A stretch of DNA of 64,000 bases from Candidatus Marinacidobacterales bacterium (GCA_965237955.1 OZ250169.1:7584001-7648000); one strand, 5' to 3'. Counted from the first letter of the stretch, positions 50,565 through 61,885 are shown. Made by a program: numbers and translations. Notes: generated by a model from the sequence alone, not told the origin.

Positions 50565-52515
50565 TCATTGCTCGTCGTCCGTCACGACGTCCATGACCCA
50601 GATGTCGCCGATGTCCTCTCCCCAGGAGAAGTACAGAAACCGACCGTCCGTCGCCAGGCCCACCGCGAAGTGATCGGTGCGTTTGCCCACCAGATCGGTC
50701 AGTTGCCGCTCGTCCTTGCCATCCGCGGAAATCGTCCAGATATTCTGATCCCGCAGGAAATAGATGGAGCTTCCATCGGGGGACCAGCGAGCCGTCCAGC
50801 CGCCGGAAGCAGCGAGCCGCGCCGCGTTCTCCCCCGCGCTGTTCGCCTTCCACAATTCGGTGTCGCCTCCCATGAAGTCGACGCTCGTATAAAGGATTTC
50901 GCTCCCATCGGGCGACCATTCGGGCATCACCTGCATGCTCGCTCCCTCGACCAACGGCCGACTCGACCTGTCCTTCGTCGAAACGACCCAGAGATCGGTC
51001 GACTGCAAATGAAGATAGGCGACACGTTGGCCGTCGGGCGAAAGACTCGGCTGGATCTCGAACTCCGGAGATTGGATCAGCGGCCGGACGACACCTCCTT
51101 CGCTCGGCACGATGAAAAGGTCGCGCGTTCCGGCTCGGTGCGAGTGGAACACGATCTCCTTTCCATCCGCGGAGTAGCGCGGCGCCCAGTCAGGGCCCGA
51201 GTGCGTCGTCAACGCTCGCCACTCACCGCCGTCGAGCGGCACGACCCACAGATCCAAATTCCCGGCGCGATCGGAATTCAATACGAGCTCCGAACCGTCC
51301 GGTGAAACGTCCAACTCTTCGACATACGCCTGCTCCGCCGAGATCGGTTCGGCATCGGCCCAGGTGGCTAGACGATCGCGCAGGATCGGAACGCGCCACA
51401 CGTTCGATACACGTCTTCCCTTGGAGTAAGCGAGCTTCGATCCGTCCTTCGAAAACGAAGCGCTTCGCATCCCGATACCCACGGTAACCGGGACGGCAGA
51501 GCCGATTGGCCCGCGCTCGGCATCGACCTCCCGAGCCCACAAGTCCATCGCACCACCTCGATTGGAGATGAAGTAGAGAGAGGCTCCGTCGCGGGACCAC
51601 ATAGGGCTCCAGTTGTTCCCATCCTCCGTTACGGGAAAGGATTCGAGATCACCCACGCGCATCACCCATATGCGGGAGATTTGGGCCTCGCGGCTCACGG
51701 CTTCCACGTAGGCCAAAAACCGCTCGTCCGGGGACCAGCTCCAGTCGATCGTTTGTCGGGCTGGGACAGGAAGCGTGAGCCGGCGCGATTGTCTCGTCTC
51801 CAGTTCGACGATGTCGAGGACGGTCCCATCTTCCGACAGGCCGGCCAACTCGGTGCCGCCGCTCAGCCATTGAGGAGCGCCAAAAAGATTCACGTTAAAA
51901 TCGGCGTTCAATACTCTTCGTGCCTCCCCCCCACAAGCGCCGACATGTTGTAGTAGGCGTGGCCCTCTCGTTCGGATACGAATGCGATGTTCCTCCCGTC
52001 GGGTGACCAGTTGGGATTGGAGTCCCTCGAAGCGTTATCGGGCGTCCGATTGATGGGTGCGCCGCCCTCGATCTGTTGCACCCAGATGTCCAGATTGCCG
52101 CTTTGGTTGGATTCGTAGGCCAGCGTTTGTCCATCCGGTGACCAAGTCGGAGAATCTTCCACACCGAGGGCCGACGTAATCTGGCGTGCGTTCGTGAAGG
52201 TTGGAACTACCGGGCCCGCGTTGTCGAACGATGTCGGGACGATGTCGCTCATCCACAGGGCAACGAGAAGTCCGCCTCCCACGAGCGCTATCCACGGGGG
52301 CGCGCGTCGTGAGGCAGGCTTACGAGGTGAGACGGCCGCATCCACCATCGTCTCGCCGGAGTCCAGGGCACGGGCAAGCTCTTCGAGCTCGTTGCGAACA
52401 TCGATCGTAGTCTGGTTTGCGAGGCACCGTCTAACGATGCGCGCGATGTCGCGCGGCAGCGACGGCACGAGCTCCGTCAGCGATTGCGGCTCGTCTTTCA
52501 AAACGGCCGACAGGG
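50565..52515 (-). pseudogene. Ser/Thr kinase-TolB (PD40 beta-propeller) fusion, truncated by IS5
   Basis: TLSAVLKDEP..IVRRCL kinase tail, TM, many WSPDG repeats; frameshift near 51920. Confidence 0.8.
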
Positions 52516-53602
52516 TGCCTTGGTGCACAACTCCGATAGAGGCCGAGAGCTCGCTTGGCCCCGACTCCCATCATCCGATCATCTCGCTATCAGGCATCCC
52601 GAGCGCCGTCATCGTGTTGAGAATCTTGCACCCGATCCTTGCCTCGACTCTCTGTGCCGCCAACCCTCTCGCTCGCATCGCTGAGCCCACGATAGCCTTG
52701 TAGCGATGGAACGTTGTCTCGACTTTGCTCCGTTTGCTGTAGCCCGATTCTGTGTGCCACTTTCGTTTGCCGAGCCGATCTTGTGCTGCAATGTTGCGAT
52801 TGCGCTGTCGGCTGCTCGCCGGCCCCGATGCGAGCTGGGCGCCCTTGCGCGGCGGTATCAGCACCCTCGGCGAGCAATGAGCGCTGTGATTCTCGATTGC
52901 CTCATAGACGCCGCCGGCGTCGTATGCGGTGTCAGCTCTGGCCGATGAGATGGGACTGTCGATCTGTCCGACAAGCGATGCAACCCGCGATGAATCGCGG
53001 GCTCTTTTGCTCGTCAGCTCGCCGGCGACGACTTCGCCACTCTGCTCGTCGACACACAGATGGAGCTTGCGATAGTCCCTGCTCTTTGGTGCTCTGCGCA
53101 GCTGGCCGGCGTGGACAGCGAGACCGCTGCTGTCGATCAAGATGTGCAACGGCGTCTTCTGCTTGTCTTGGTAGAAGGGGACCTTACCCAGCTTCGCCTT
53201 GCGCCTCGAGATCGTGGTGTGATCGGGCACATCATTGTCTAGCTTCATCAGAGCGAACAACGATCGCAGCAATCCCTCGCTCTGCCTAGATGACAGATGA
53301 AACACCATGCCCAGGGTGACAGCCGTCTCGATGGCGTGGTTCGAGTACTTGCGTTGACGGCCCGGTTTCCTCCTCCTCGGCCGGGGCGCGTCCCAGTTCA
53401 CAAGCTTGCCGGCGGTGAGCGAGATCCAGACGGTCAGGCTCCCACGGTTGCGTAGACCCGCCTCATATTCACGCCAATTCCTCACGCGATAGGCCTTCTT
53501 CACATACTTCCGCTGAGTGCGTTTGAAAATGCTCATGGGGAACCTCGAATCCGTGAGCAAAGGACAATTGTGGACCGAGATCGCGAGTTGTGCACCAAGG
53601 CA
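52516..53602 (-). mobile_element. IS5-family (IS903-like) element
   Basis: 18-bp perfect IR TGCCTTGGTGCACAACTC / GAGTTGTGCACCAAGGCA; no target duplication, consistent with adjacent deletion. Confidence 0.88.
52571..53536 (-). CDS. IS5 family transposase
   Basis: YRVRNWREYEAGLRNRGSLTVW, PDHTTISRR, IDSSGL, ADTAYD, GYSKRSKVET, LNTMTALGMP. Confidence 0.92.
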   Translation of the reverse strand: MSIFKRTQRKYVKKAYRVRNWREYEAGLRNRGSLTVWISLTAGKLVNWDAPRPRRRKPGRQRKYSNHAIETAVTLGMVFHLSSRQSEGLLRSLFALMKLDNDVPDHTTISRRKAKLGKVPFYQDKQKTPLHILIDSSGLAVHAGQLRRAPKSRDYRKLHLCVDEQSGEVVAGELTSKRARDSSRVASLVGQIDSPISSARADTAYDAGGVYEAIENHSAHCSPRVLIPPRKGAQLASGPASSRQRNRNIAAQDRLGKRKWHTESGYSKRSKVETTFHRYKAIVGSAMRARGLAAQRVEARIGCKILNTMTALGMPDSEMIG

Positions 53603-54015
53603 GCCCTGCGGTGCGAAATACCTTCGATTCTGCGCGGATTCCAAGGGCGTCTAAGCTGCTGATTTGTGGTCTATTTCAAAAGGGCCGAGTTTTGGCACAG
53701 GACGGGGTGGCTCTCGGTGGTTCTTGCCATCGGCATGGACTCTATTCTCTAACGGCGTCGTGTCCAGAAATACAAACGAACTCTAAGACCCGCGCGGGGC
53801 CGTCGCCGAGTTCATCTATCATTGTCGTGGAGAGCGCAACCATCAAGGGCTTGGCAACGCGTTTGTGTTTTTGGACATGGCGCTCTCGACATCATGGCCC
53901 CGTGACAGGGAAGCTACCAAGCACCCTGGCTTCGACTTCTGGGTTCTCGTCAGCGTCTGAATCGTCGCCATCTCAGCCTCCTGGTCCGGCACACGTCGTG
54001 GCCAGCAAAGCGGGA

Positions 54016-54830
54016 TCACCCCTCCTGTCGGAAAACCTGTATGCGATCGTTTCCGAAGTCCACCACGTAGATGGAGCCGTCTGCAGCGATCGCGACATCC
54101 GTCGGATGCTGGAGTTGGCCTGGCCCGCTACCCGGCTCGCCGAACTCTCCGAGAAACTCGCCCGCCGCCGAGAAGACCTGGACCCGGTGGTTATAAAAGT
54201 CGGCGGTGTAGATGCGACCCTCCGGGTCAACACCCACCCCGGTGGCGACGCGGAACCCGCCCCATCCACCGGGAAGCCCGAGTCCGAGAGGTCCGCCCCA
54301 CTTCGTCCGGAAGCTCCCGTCGGGCCCGAAAATATGGATACGGTTGTTATAAGCATCGGCAGCCACCACCCCGCCGTCCGGCAGGATCGCCATATCCGTT
54401 GGGTAGTGCAGTGCTCCGCTCCAAACCCGTCCCGAGGTGCCCACGATGACCACGAAGCTGCCGTCGGCTCGCAGTCGCTGGACACGATGGTTGTAGAAGT
54501 CGGCGACGTAGACATCGCCGTTCGGCGCCACCACCAGTCCACCCGGCGCATCAAATTCACCAGGGCCGGAACCAGGGCCTCCGAGAACCGAAAGGGGCTC
54601 GCCCGCCAGGGAGAACACCTGGATCCGGTCGTTCAGATACTCCGCCACGTAGAGCTTGCCGTCCCGGGCTTGTATGTGCATCGGCCGGTCCAGCTCTCCC
54701 GAACCATCGCCTTCGTGACCGAACGCACGCAGGAACTTGCCACTACGGTCGAAGACCTCGATGCGTTGGTTTCCGGAATCGCTCACGAAGACTTCCTCAC
54801 CGGCAAGGGCAATCCCGATGGGAGTCGGCC
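54016..54830 (-). pseudogene. NHL-repeat protein lacking its 5' end
   Basis: Repeats [33 protein letters not shown]; no native start before the junction near 54830. Confidence 0.7.
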
Positions 54831-55601
54831 AGGTTGTCGAGGCGCCGGGTGGCGAATTCCCCGAGGGCCAGACGGTTGGCCACGGCGATGGGCGAAATGG
54901 GCCGTCAGTTTGACGGCTCCTACGCCGAGTACACCTGCGTGCCCGCCTCCCAGGTCCAAGCTCTCGAAACGAAGCTTGATTGGAGTACGCTAGCCGCGCT
55001 CCCGGAGATGCTGCAGACCGCGTGGGGCTCGCTCTATACCGCCCTCGAGATCGAGAAGGGTCATACGCTCCTGATTCGCGGCGGTACCACTTCCGTTGGG
55101 CTCGCCGCCGCGGTTCTGGCCAAAAAAGATGGAGCGACGGTCGCGGCAACAACCCGTCGCCCAGAGCGCGAAGCGATGCTTCGCGAGAACGGAGCCGACC
55201 GAGTATTCGTTGACGACGGCGAGCTGGCCGACGTCGTCCGTCGGGTATTTGACGGCGGAGTCGATCGTGTACTGGAGCTGGTCGGAACCACGACTCTGCT
55301 CGATTCGCTGAAAGCGGCGGCTCGTCATGGCGTCGTGTGTATGACCGGAATGGTTGGTAGGAAATGGGACTTCGAGAGGTTCGCCCCTATGGAGGCGATT
55401 CCGACATCGGTCAAGCTCACGACATATGCTGGAGAAGCGCACGGTTTCATGAAAACGCCGCTCCAGGACTTCGTTAGAGAGATCGAGGACGGACGCACCG
55501 CAGTTCGTATCGGTAAGGTGTTTCAGCTCGACGAGATTGTCGATGCGCACCGATGCATGGAAGAGAACCGGGCGCAGGGCAAGATCGTCGTACTTACCTG
55601 A
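54831..55601 (+). pseudogene. zinc-binding alcohol dehydrogenase / quinone oxidoreductase lacking its N-terminus
   Basis: [40 protein letters not shown]. Confidence 0.75.
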
Positions 55602-55777
55602 AGCGCCGCAAGCCTCACGCTGTCGTATTCGGCGTTGATGTCAACCGTCAACCACTGGCGGGGGTCGATGGAAGACCAATGCCACAGAGCACCAGAGCCG
55701 CATAACTGAAAGCGGAGATACCTTTCGTCTTTCGACCCCAGTTACGAACGCTGGACAAGTTGTACTGATGTAATTTA

Positions 55778-58666
55778 TTATTTGCCCTTTTTCAGAATAG
55801 GGTCTGGGCGGATTGTGATTGAGCTCGTGTATGTCTGGCTATTTACGGTTATTTTCACAATATATTCACCTGGTTCTGCATCAAATCCTTGAGCCTGACC
55901 ACCTGTGCCACGACGAAATCTCCGACCGCCAGAAGCAAATTGTTGCAGTGTTTGCTCCAAAAATTCACGTTCACGTTGGGTTCCAACCAGATTAGACAAT
56001 CTCGATCGAGCACTGGAAATTACTCTCTGCCGCTCTTCGTTAGAACTAACCTTGGCGATTTTGTTTCTGAGGCTAAATACTCCCTGCTGAAGAGGTGTGG
56101 GATCAAATTGCATATTCCATATATACCTATTTATTCCGGTTTCGCTTGGAAGAATAACAGTTCTTTTCAAATATCCGGATATGTCAGAAATTTCAAGTTG
56201 AACCTGTGTCCGAGGAGTTGATTTCAAATAATAACTAATTATTCCACCATGGGGTGGATTCTGACCCTGGAAAAAGAAATGACCACGGTAACGAGCGCTG
56301 CCGCGTTCGATGCTTAGCCATCTTATCGCATGACGGCTTTCAAAAAGCCGAGCTTCTGCTGCGAGCACCTCGTCAGTAGCCTGCTGCAGGGGAGTTATAT
56401 CATCGAGGATCCAGATGCCTCTGCCGTGTGTACCTGCAATAAGATCGCCGTCCCGGGGATGGATTACCAGGTCGTGAATGGCTACTGTCGGCAGGTTATT
56501 ATTGAGTTTGATCCATGACCTGCCGCCATTGATTGAATAAAATACAGCGAATTCCGTTCCGACGAAAAGAAGATTAGGATTCTTCAGGTCTTCTTTAATA
56601 ACGTACACGCTGTGTCCGTCGGGAATATTGTTTGAGATATTGGTCCAGGTTTGACCGTAGTCAATAGTCTTGAAAACCCAAGGTTGGAAATTGTCGCTAC
56701 GATGGCCATCGAATGACAGATAAGCGGTACCTTCTTCAAAATGCGATGCCTCTACACGGCTAACCCACAGATCTTCAGGTACTCCCGGAATATTGCTCCG
56801 GACATTTCTCCAGGTGACTCCACCGTCACGTGTAGACTGTACATTTCCATCATCAGTGCCAACCCAGATGAGACCCGCCTTAATTGGAGACTCTGAAATA
56901 GAAATAATTGAGGCGTAATCTTGATATTCTGTGTGGGCAGATTTTCTTTGTGTTTTTGCTGGATCATTTTTTGAAAGATCAGGACTAATAATCTGCCAGT
57001 GATCACCGCGGTCTAAGGTCTTAAACAAATGATTTCCCCCGAAAAAGATGGTTCGCGGATTGTGCGGCGATATCACAATCGGGCTGCTCCAATTGAAGCG
57101 GAAGGCAGTGTCCCATCCCTTTTCTTTCTGTTGTCGTTCGATTGCAGCTGTAATATATTCATCATAATTAACTATATTATGCCGAGTAGGCCTAATTCTA
57201 ATCCATTCTCGAGTTTCGACGTTATACCGCATAATATTGCCGCGTTGGCTCTCAAAATATAAAGTGCGCCAATCGGTTGGGTCAGACTGAGTATGAAATC
57301 CATCAGCAGGTGGGCCGATGTTGAACCAGTGGTCGTTTAAAATACCAATGTCTCTGGAACGTGAAGGACCTCCCCAACTTTCGCTATCCTGCAGCCCGCC
57401 GTACACCCAGTACGGTTCGCGCATGTCGACGCTGATCGCGTAAAACTGGGAAATAACAAAATTATCAAAGTAGATATTGATGTTTCCATGGTCGTGTGTC
57501 AGATAACAACCTCCGTCAGTACCGATATAGTAACGGTCTTTATTATTCGGATCTAACCACATGGCATGATGGTCTCCATGAATGGTCTGAGGGAGATCAC
57601 CGAAAGCTTGTGTGAGGGTTTTCCCACCGTCTTCGGATCTCATATAAGGGCCCGTCAAAACATAAACTCTTTGGTCGTCCAGAGGATTGATATATATGTG
57701 GCTATAATAGTAAGGACGATTGTTATATGTATTCACATATTTCCAGGTTTCCCCATTATCTTCTGACCGATAAACACCAGAACCCGGAACGCTCAGGTCG
57801 TTACTTTCTCTTGCTTCTATTATTGCCATGAGGACTTTTGGATTGCTTCTTGAAATCGCAAGACCAATTTTACCGGTATCACCTTCCGGTAGCCCTTTAT
57901 TAAGTTTTTGCCAAGATTTTCCGCCATTTGTTGTTTTGAAAATACCACCGTTTGGACCACCGCTATCGAAATAGTACGGTTGGCGCAGCCTCTGCCAGAA
58001 ACTAACATAGAGAACATCACGATTTTCTGGATGCATAACAATATCGATCGCACCGGTTTTTCCGTCATCGGGCAGGCCATTCGTCAGTTTTTGCCAGGTT
58101 TTGCCGCCGTCAGTGGTTTTAAATAGTCCACGATCCCCGCTATAACCCCAGGTGTGTCCGGTAGCGGCAACATAAACTATGTCCGGATCGGTTGGATGCG
58201 TTATAATTTTACCAATTGTATGAGTATCCCTTAAGCCCATATTGGTGAAGGTCTTGCCGCCATCGGTTGACTTATATATGCCGTCACCCCAGGCAACACT
58301 GTTTCGGGAGTTCTTTTCTCCTGTACCAATCCAAATGATATTCGGGTTTTTCTGGAAGAACGCAACATCACCGATTGACGCAGAGCCATATTTATCGAAA
58401 ATAGGCTCAAATGTTATACCTGCATTGGTTGATTTCCAGACGCCTCCGGAAGCTGATGCAACCAGCACAGTAGTGAAATCATTATCCAGTGCCTCGATGT
58501 CAGATAAGCGGCCTGATATATTTGCAGGACCAATATTGCGCCACCGCATGTCTTTGATGAGGTTTTCTTCTAAGCTTTTAGCAAATACTGCTCCTGCGAA
58601 CAGGAAGAAAGCTATAGAAGTTAAAAGGATAAAACCTCCGCTCTTGTGAATTTTTGATACTTTCAT
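55778..58666 (-). CDS. VPS10/BNR-repeat (sortilin-like) glycosyl hydrolase-like secreted protein
   Basis: WRNIGPANISGR, repeated S.DGG.TW Asp boxes, GGAGGA RBS; visibly AT-rich. Confidence 0.88.
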   Translation of the reverse strand: MKVSKIHKSGGFILLTSIAFFLFAGAVFAKSLEENLIKDMRWRNIGPANISGRLSDIEALDNDFTTVLVASASGGVWKSTNAGITFEPIFDKYGSASIGDVAFFQKNPNIIWIGTGEKNSRNSVAWGDGIYKSTDGGKTFTNMGLRDTHTIGKIITHPTDPDIVYVAATGHTWGYSGDRGLFKTTDGGKTWQKLTNGLPDDGKTGAIDIVMHPENRDVLYVSFWQRLRQPYYFDSGGPNGGIFKTTNGGKSWQKLNKGLPEGDTGKIGLAISRSNPKVLMAIIEARESNDLSVPGSGVYRSEDNGETWKYVNTYNNRPYYYSHIYINPLDDQRVYVLTGPYMRSEDGGKTLTQAFGDLPQTIHGDHHAMWLDPNNKDRYYIGTDGGCYLTHDHGNINIYFDNFVISQFYAISVDMREPYWVYGGLQDSESWGGPSRSRDIGILNDHWFNIGPPADGFHTQSDPTDWRTLYFESQRGNIMRYNVETREWIRIRPTRHNIVNYDEYITAAIERQQKEKGWDTAFRFNWSSPIVISPHNPRTIFFGGNHLFKTLDRGDHWQIISPDLSKNDPAKTQRKSAHTEYQDYASIISISESPIKAGLIWVGTDDGNVQSTRDGGVTWRNVRSNIPGVPEDLWVSRVEASHFEEGTAYLSFDGHRSDNFQPWVFKTIDYGQTWTNISNNIPDGHSVYVIKEDLKNPNLLFVGTEFAVFYSINGGRSWIKLNNNLPTVAIHDLVIHPRDGDLIAGTHGRGIWILDDITPLQQATDEVLAAEARLFESRHAIRWLSIERGSARYRGHFFFQGQNPPHGGIISYYLKSTPRTQVQLEISDISGYLKRTVILPSETGINRYIWNMQFDPTPLQQGVFSLRNKIAKVSSNEERQRVISSARSRLSNLVGTQREREFLEQTLQQFASGGRRFRRGTGGQAQGFDAEPGEYIVKITVNSQTYTSSITIRPDPILKKGK

Positions 58667-58805
58667 GACTATTCCTCCAATAATAAAATTAGGCAATTAT
58701 CCCTTTAGAAAAGGATTGTGTAAATAAAATCTGTTGTCCCTTCTATTTATTCATCCGCGCGCGTCGCTATTGATCTTTCTCGCACACCGACGTCAGTATC
58801 CCGGC

Positions 58806-59513
58806 ATGATTTGGTCGCTTCTCTGTTCGCTCATCTCGGCTTTCAAAACGCGCCGCTCACTGGCTCTTGAAAATCTCGCTCTGCGCCAGCAGCTCGCCGT
58901 CCTCCAACGTTCGGTGAAACGACCGCGGTTGTCGAATGTGGACCGTGGTTTCTGGGTGCTGTTGCGAAGATTCTGGACCGACTGGGCCAGGGTCCTCATC
59001 ATCGTGAAGCCCGAGACCGTTGTCCGGTGGCACCGCTCCGGGTTCAAACGCTACTGGACATGGAAGAGCCGGAGGCGTCGGCCGGGTCGACCCGGCGTCG
59101 CTCCCGAAGTACGCGAGCTGATCCGTGACATGTGTCGAGCCAATCCGCTCTGGGGAGCGCCCCGCGTGCACGGCGAGCTCGCGAAGTTCGGCATCTCCAT
59201 TTCCCAGGCCGCCGTATCCAAGTACATGATTCGCCATCGCCGTCCACCGTCTCAGACGTGGCGGAGCTTTCTCGACAATCATGTCAAGGACTTGGTGTCC
59301 GTTGACTTCTTCACGTTGCCAACCGCCACGTTCCGGGTTCTGTTTGTCTTCATCGTCCTTCGTCACGGTCGGCGCCGTATCCTACATTTCAATGTCACGG
59401 AACATCCCACGGCTGAGTGGAGCGCGCAGCAGATCGTCGACGCCTTTCCGTGGGATAGCGCGCCTCGCTTCATGCTGCGGGGGTCTCAGCACAAGGTAAA
59501 TTGGCAGACTTAA
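58806..59513 (+). pseudogene. truncated integrase-core (rve) transposase
   Basis: LENLALRQQL, PETVVRWHR, NPLWGAPRVHGEL, SQTWRSFL, VDFF; breaks off near 59480 before the DDE triad is complete. Confidence 0.8.
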
Positions 59514-59910
59514 CCCCAAAGAGGAGACGCGATCAGAAACGCTTTGATTGAATTCATCCATTCAACTTCACCGACTGAAGTCGCACTCCAGGATAGCGCC
59601 AGCGTTAAAGACTTCGAGACAGGTGCTCCCCTTATCACCCTGGCTGGCGTGCTCTATGAAAACACGCACCCATCTGTTTTTGCCCGGTTCGTCTTTAACG
59701 ATTTCAGAAACGATGGCGCGCTGTTGAGAAGGTCCGATCCCGATATTATCTACGGTACCAACAAACACGATCCGCATCCCGTCGCTATCGTCGAATCGTG
59801 TCCTTGGATATCTCGTAAGGTGGTGCCGCGACATCGCGGAGCGGGTAGGTGTCTTGTGGGGGCTCAGCGCACGCGACGCTAAGCGCGCACATTGCCGCAG
59901 CCGTGTCATT

Positions 59911-60402
59911 TCACGGGGATAGCGAAATCCATTCCGACTGCGGTGTGTACTCTCGGTAATCGCCATCGCGGTAGGCACGTCCGACCACGCTGTCATGCTG
60001 GGGGCCAGGGCCGAAATCAGTGGGGTTCCATGCGCTAGCTTTGCCTCGATCTGTGAAGAAATAGACGTAATTCGAGTCGCGAAAGTGCTTCTCGGCAGCG
60101 GCCAGAAAATAGGCATGTTCGCGCGGAAAATCGCTATTGATATACACGGCGACACGGGAGCTTCCGTACTTCTGAATCGTTTTGATGTATTCGCATCCAG
60201 CGATCGCGGCCTCGATTTGCGCAGCCTCTGCGGCATATCGTTCAGACTCTACGGCATTTTGTTTTATCGCTTCGGCTTGACGTTCTGCCAGAGGCTTTTC
60301 CAAGGCTTCACGCTTCTTTCGTGTGGCTTCAGCCTGTCCTTCAGGATTACCGCAGGCGACCAAAAGACAGATTGCGACAGCTGCGCCGATCATTCTGGTC
60401 AT
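59911..60402 (-). CDS. hypothetical lipoprotein
   Basis: GGAGG RBS, MTRMIGAAVAICLLVAC lipobox. Confidence 0.55.
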   Translation of the reverse strand: MTRMIGAAVAICLLVACGNPEGQAEATRKKREALEKPLAERQAEAIKQNAVESERYAAEAAQIEAAIAGCEYIKTIQKYGSSRVAVYINSDFPREHAYFLAAAEKHFRDSNYVYFFTDRGKASAWNPTDFGPGPQHDSVVGRAYRDGDYREYTPQSEWISLSP

Positions 60403-60539
60403 TTCGAAATCCTCCAACCGCTTGATTGTTTACTTTTTTGCTACCAGAAAAGCAACCGCTCGGGGAGGTGTCAGCTCTGGATTTCGTCTCTAGTTGGAAA
60501 AGGGCGCTTCGTGCCGGTAAGACCCGAGCCGGGCGCGGA

Positions 60540-60735
60540 GTCGCTGAAGCTCGCGCAGGCGCAGCTAGGTCATTCGGACATGGCTACCACGTTGCAGGTC
60601 TACACGCACGCAGTCCCCTCGTCTCAGAGAAACGCTGTGGATCGCCTTGAATCGATTCTGTTCCCAAGTGTTCCCAAGAACGAGAAAGGAGAGTTGGTTG
60701 AAGAAACAGGAAGGCCGCTACCAGCAGTAACTTAA
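60540..60735 (+). pseudogene. tyrosine integrase C-terminal fragment
   Basis: AQAQLGHSDMATTLQVYTH. Confidence 0.75.
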
Positions 60736-60736
60736 G

Positions 60737-60762
60737 TGGTGGCGGGGGCGGGATTTGAACCC
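60737..60762 (-). other. tRNA 3'-end fragment (att core, tRNA-Met-like)
   Basis: Reverse complement GGGTTCAAATCCCGCCCCCGCCACCA = T-arm, acceptor strand and CCA; no 5' half. Confidence 0.75.
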
Positions 60763-61229
60763 GATCAGGCCAAAATCTTAACTAACTGATGGCGCGCGAC
60801 TTTCGTCACTAAGTGGTTTAGCGCCAGTCCTTCACCATATGAATGGTGCTCTCCAGTCCTCGCAAGTCCTCTGGAATCCTCCCCAGTTTTGGAGACGAAT
60901 TGGAGACAGACTGGTCGACGTACGTTGAATGAGGCTATCAACGACAAGAGCGACGCGCCTGATGCCATTGGCTAGCGTGGTCGCCCGACGGCATGAGCTG
61001 AGCGGCGTGGGAGCGCAAGAGCCGGTTCGCTCTGGCCGACCCCGTCGATGATAGGCGGCGCGCACCGCTCACGGACTCATCACGAAGTCTGGGTAAGGGA
61101 TGCCATGAGCCCTCCCCGTGTGCCCCCAATCTGCGAAACCGCACCCCCGCTCCGACTCGATCAATTGGTCTGTGGCCAGTTGTCCTTAGCCGAAACTCAA
61201 CGTCGCTCTGTACACGTCCCCGCGGGGAG

Positions 61230-61885
61230 TTAAAGTGACCCCCGGCAAAGCCGGGGGCCTATTCATAAGAGCCCCTCGAAGGGGCTGTTCATGAGCCCCC
61301 TAAAGGGGGCGATCTTGCTCCCCAACTACGAGCCCGACCAGTCCATATTCAGCTGGTCCAGACGTTGGTCCTCCTGCTCTTGGAATGTACTTGCGGACCA
61401 TCTCTTCGTCCAAGCCTACGGTCGACACGAAGTAACCGCGTGCCCAGAAGCTTTCGCCGGTGAAGTTGCGTCTGCGTCCGCGGAAGTTCCGTGCCACCGA
61501 GATCGCACTCTTGCCTTTGATGAACCCCACCACGTTCGACACCGCAAACTTCGGTGGGATGCTGATGCACATGTGGACGTGGTCCGACATCAAGTGGCCC
61601 TCCAGAATCCGGGCCTCTTTTTGTTTCGCCAGCTCGTGGAGAATCTTTCCCAGATGCGTTCTGATTGCACCATACATCTTCTTCCTTCGGTACTTCGGGA
61701 TGAACACAACGTGATATTTGCAGTCCCATCGTGTGTGGGATAGGCTCTTGTATTCTTTCACCTTGGTAGTCCTCCTTGTTTGGAAGTTCGCGCTTTCCAA
61801 GGAGGACTTTCTTTCCTACTTCCTTACACGGTCAAACCTCTGGGAGTCACCCCGGCAGAGCCGGGGGTTTACCTCAATGAATTAT
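61230..61885 (-). mobile_element. IS200/IS605-family element (tnpA only); ends approximate
   Basis: Matching subterminal hairpins CCCCGGC-ARA-GCCGGGG at 61239-57 and 61850-66. Confidence 0.85.
61326..61761 (-). CDS. tnpA: IS200 Y1 transposase TnpA; +1 frameshift near 61384
   Basis: CKYHVVFIPKYRRK, DHVHM (HUH), IKGKSA, FWARGYFVSTVG, YI|QEQE. Confidence 0.88.

Noticed and set aside
53603-53710. Possible MITE beside IS5 (ccctgcggtgcgaaat ... ttttggcacaggacgggg)
   Set aside because: Inverted-repeat match too weak and single copy.
53590-54993. 467-aa + strand ORF and other long overlapping ORFs (e.g. 9498..10853 -, 14714..15643 -)
   Set aside because: Antisense shadows of genes with clear motifs in GC-rich DNA; no motifs of their own.
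59568-59836. Possible small ORF on the - strand (MSRHHLTRYP...)
   Set aside because: No motif or clear RBS; cannot be supported.
60737-60810. Complete tRNA gene
   Set aside because: Only the T-arm, acceptor 3' strand and CCA are present; adjacent sequence does not form D or anticodon arms.
5330-61390. Many single-base frameshifts (about 5340, 20670, 27340, 29560, 33635, 51920, 54880, 61384) as programmed recoding or phase variation
   Set aside because: Most of those inspected are +/-1 base in short homopolymer runs within otherwise intact genes, typical of long-read consensus error; needs read data.
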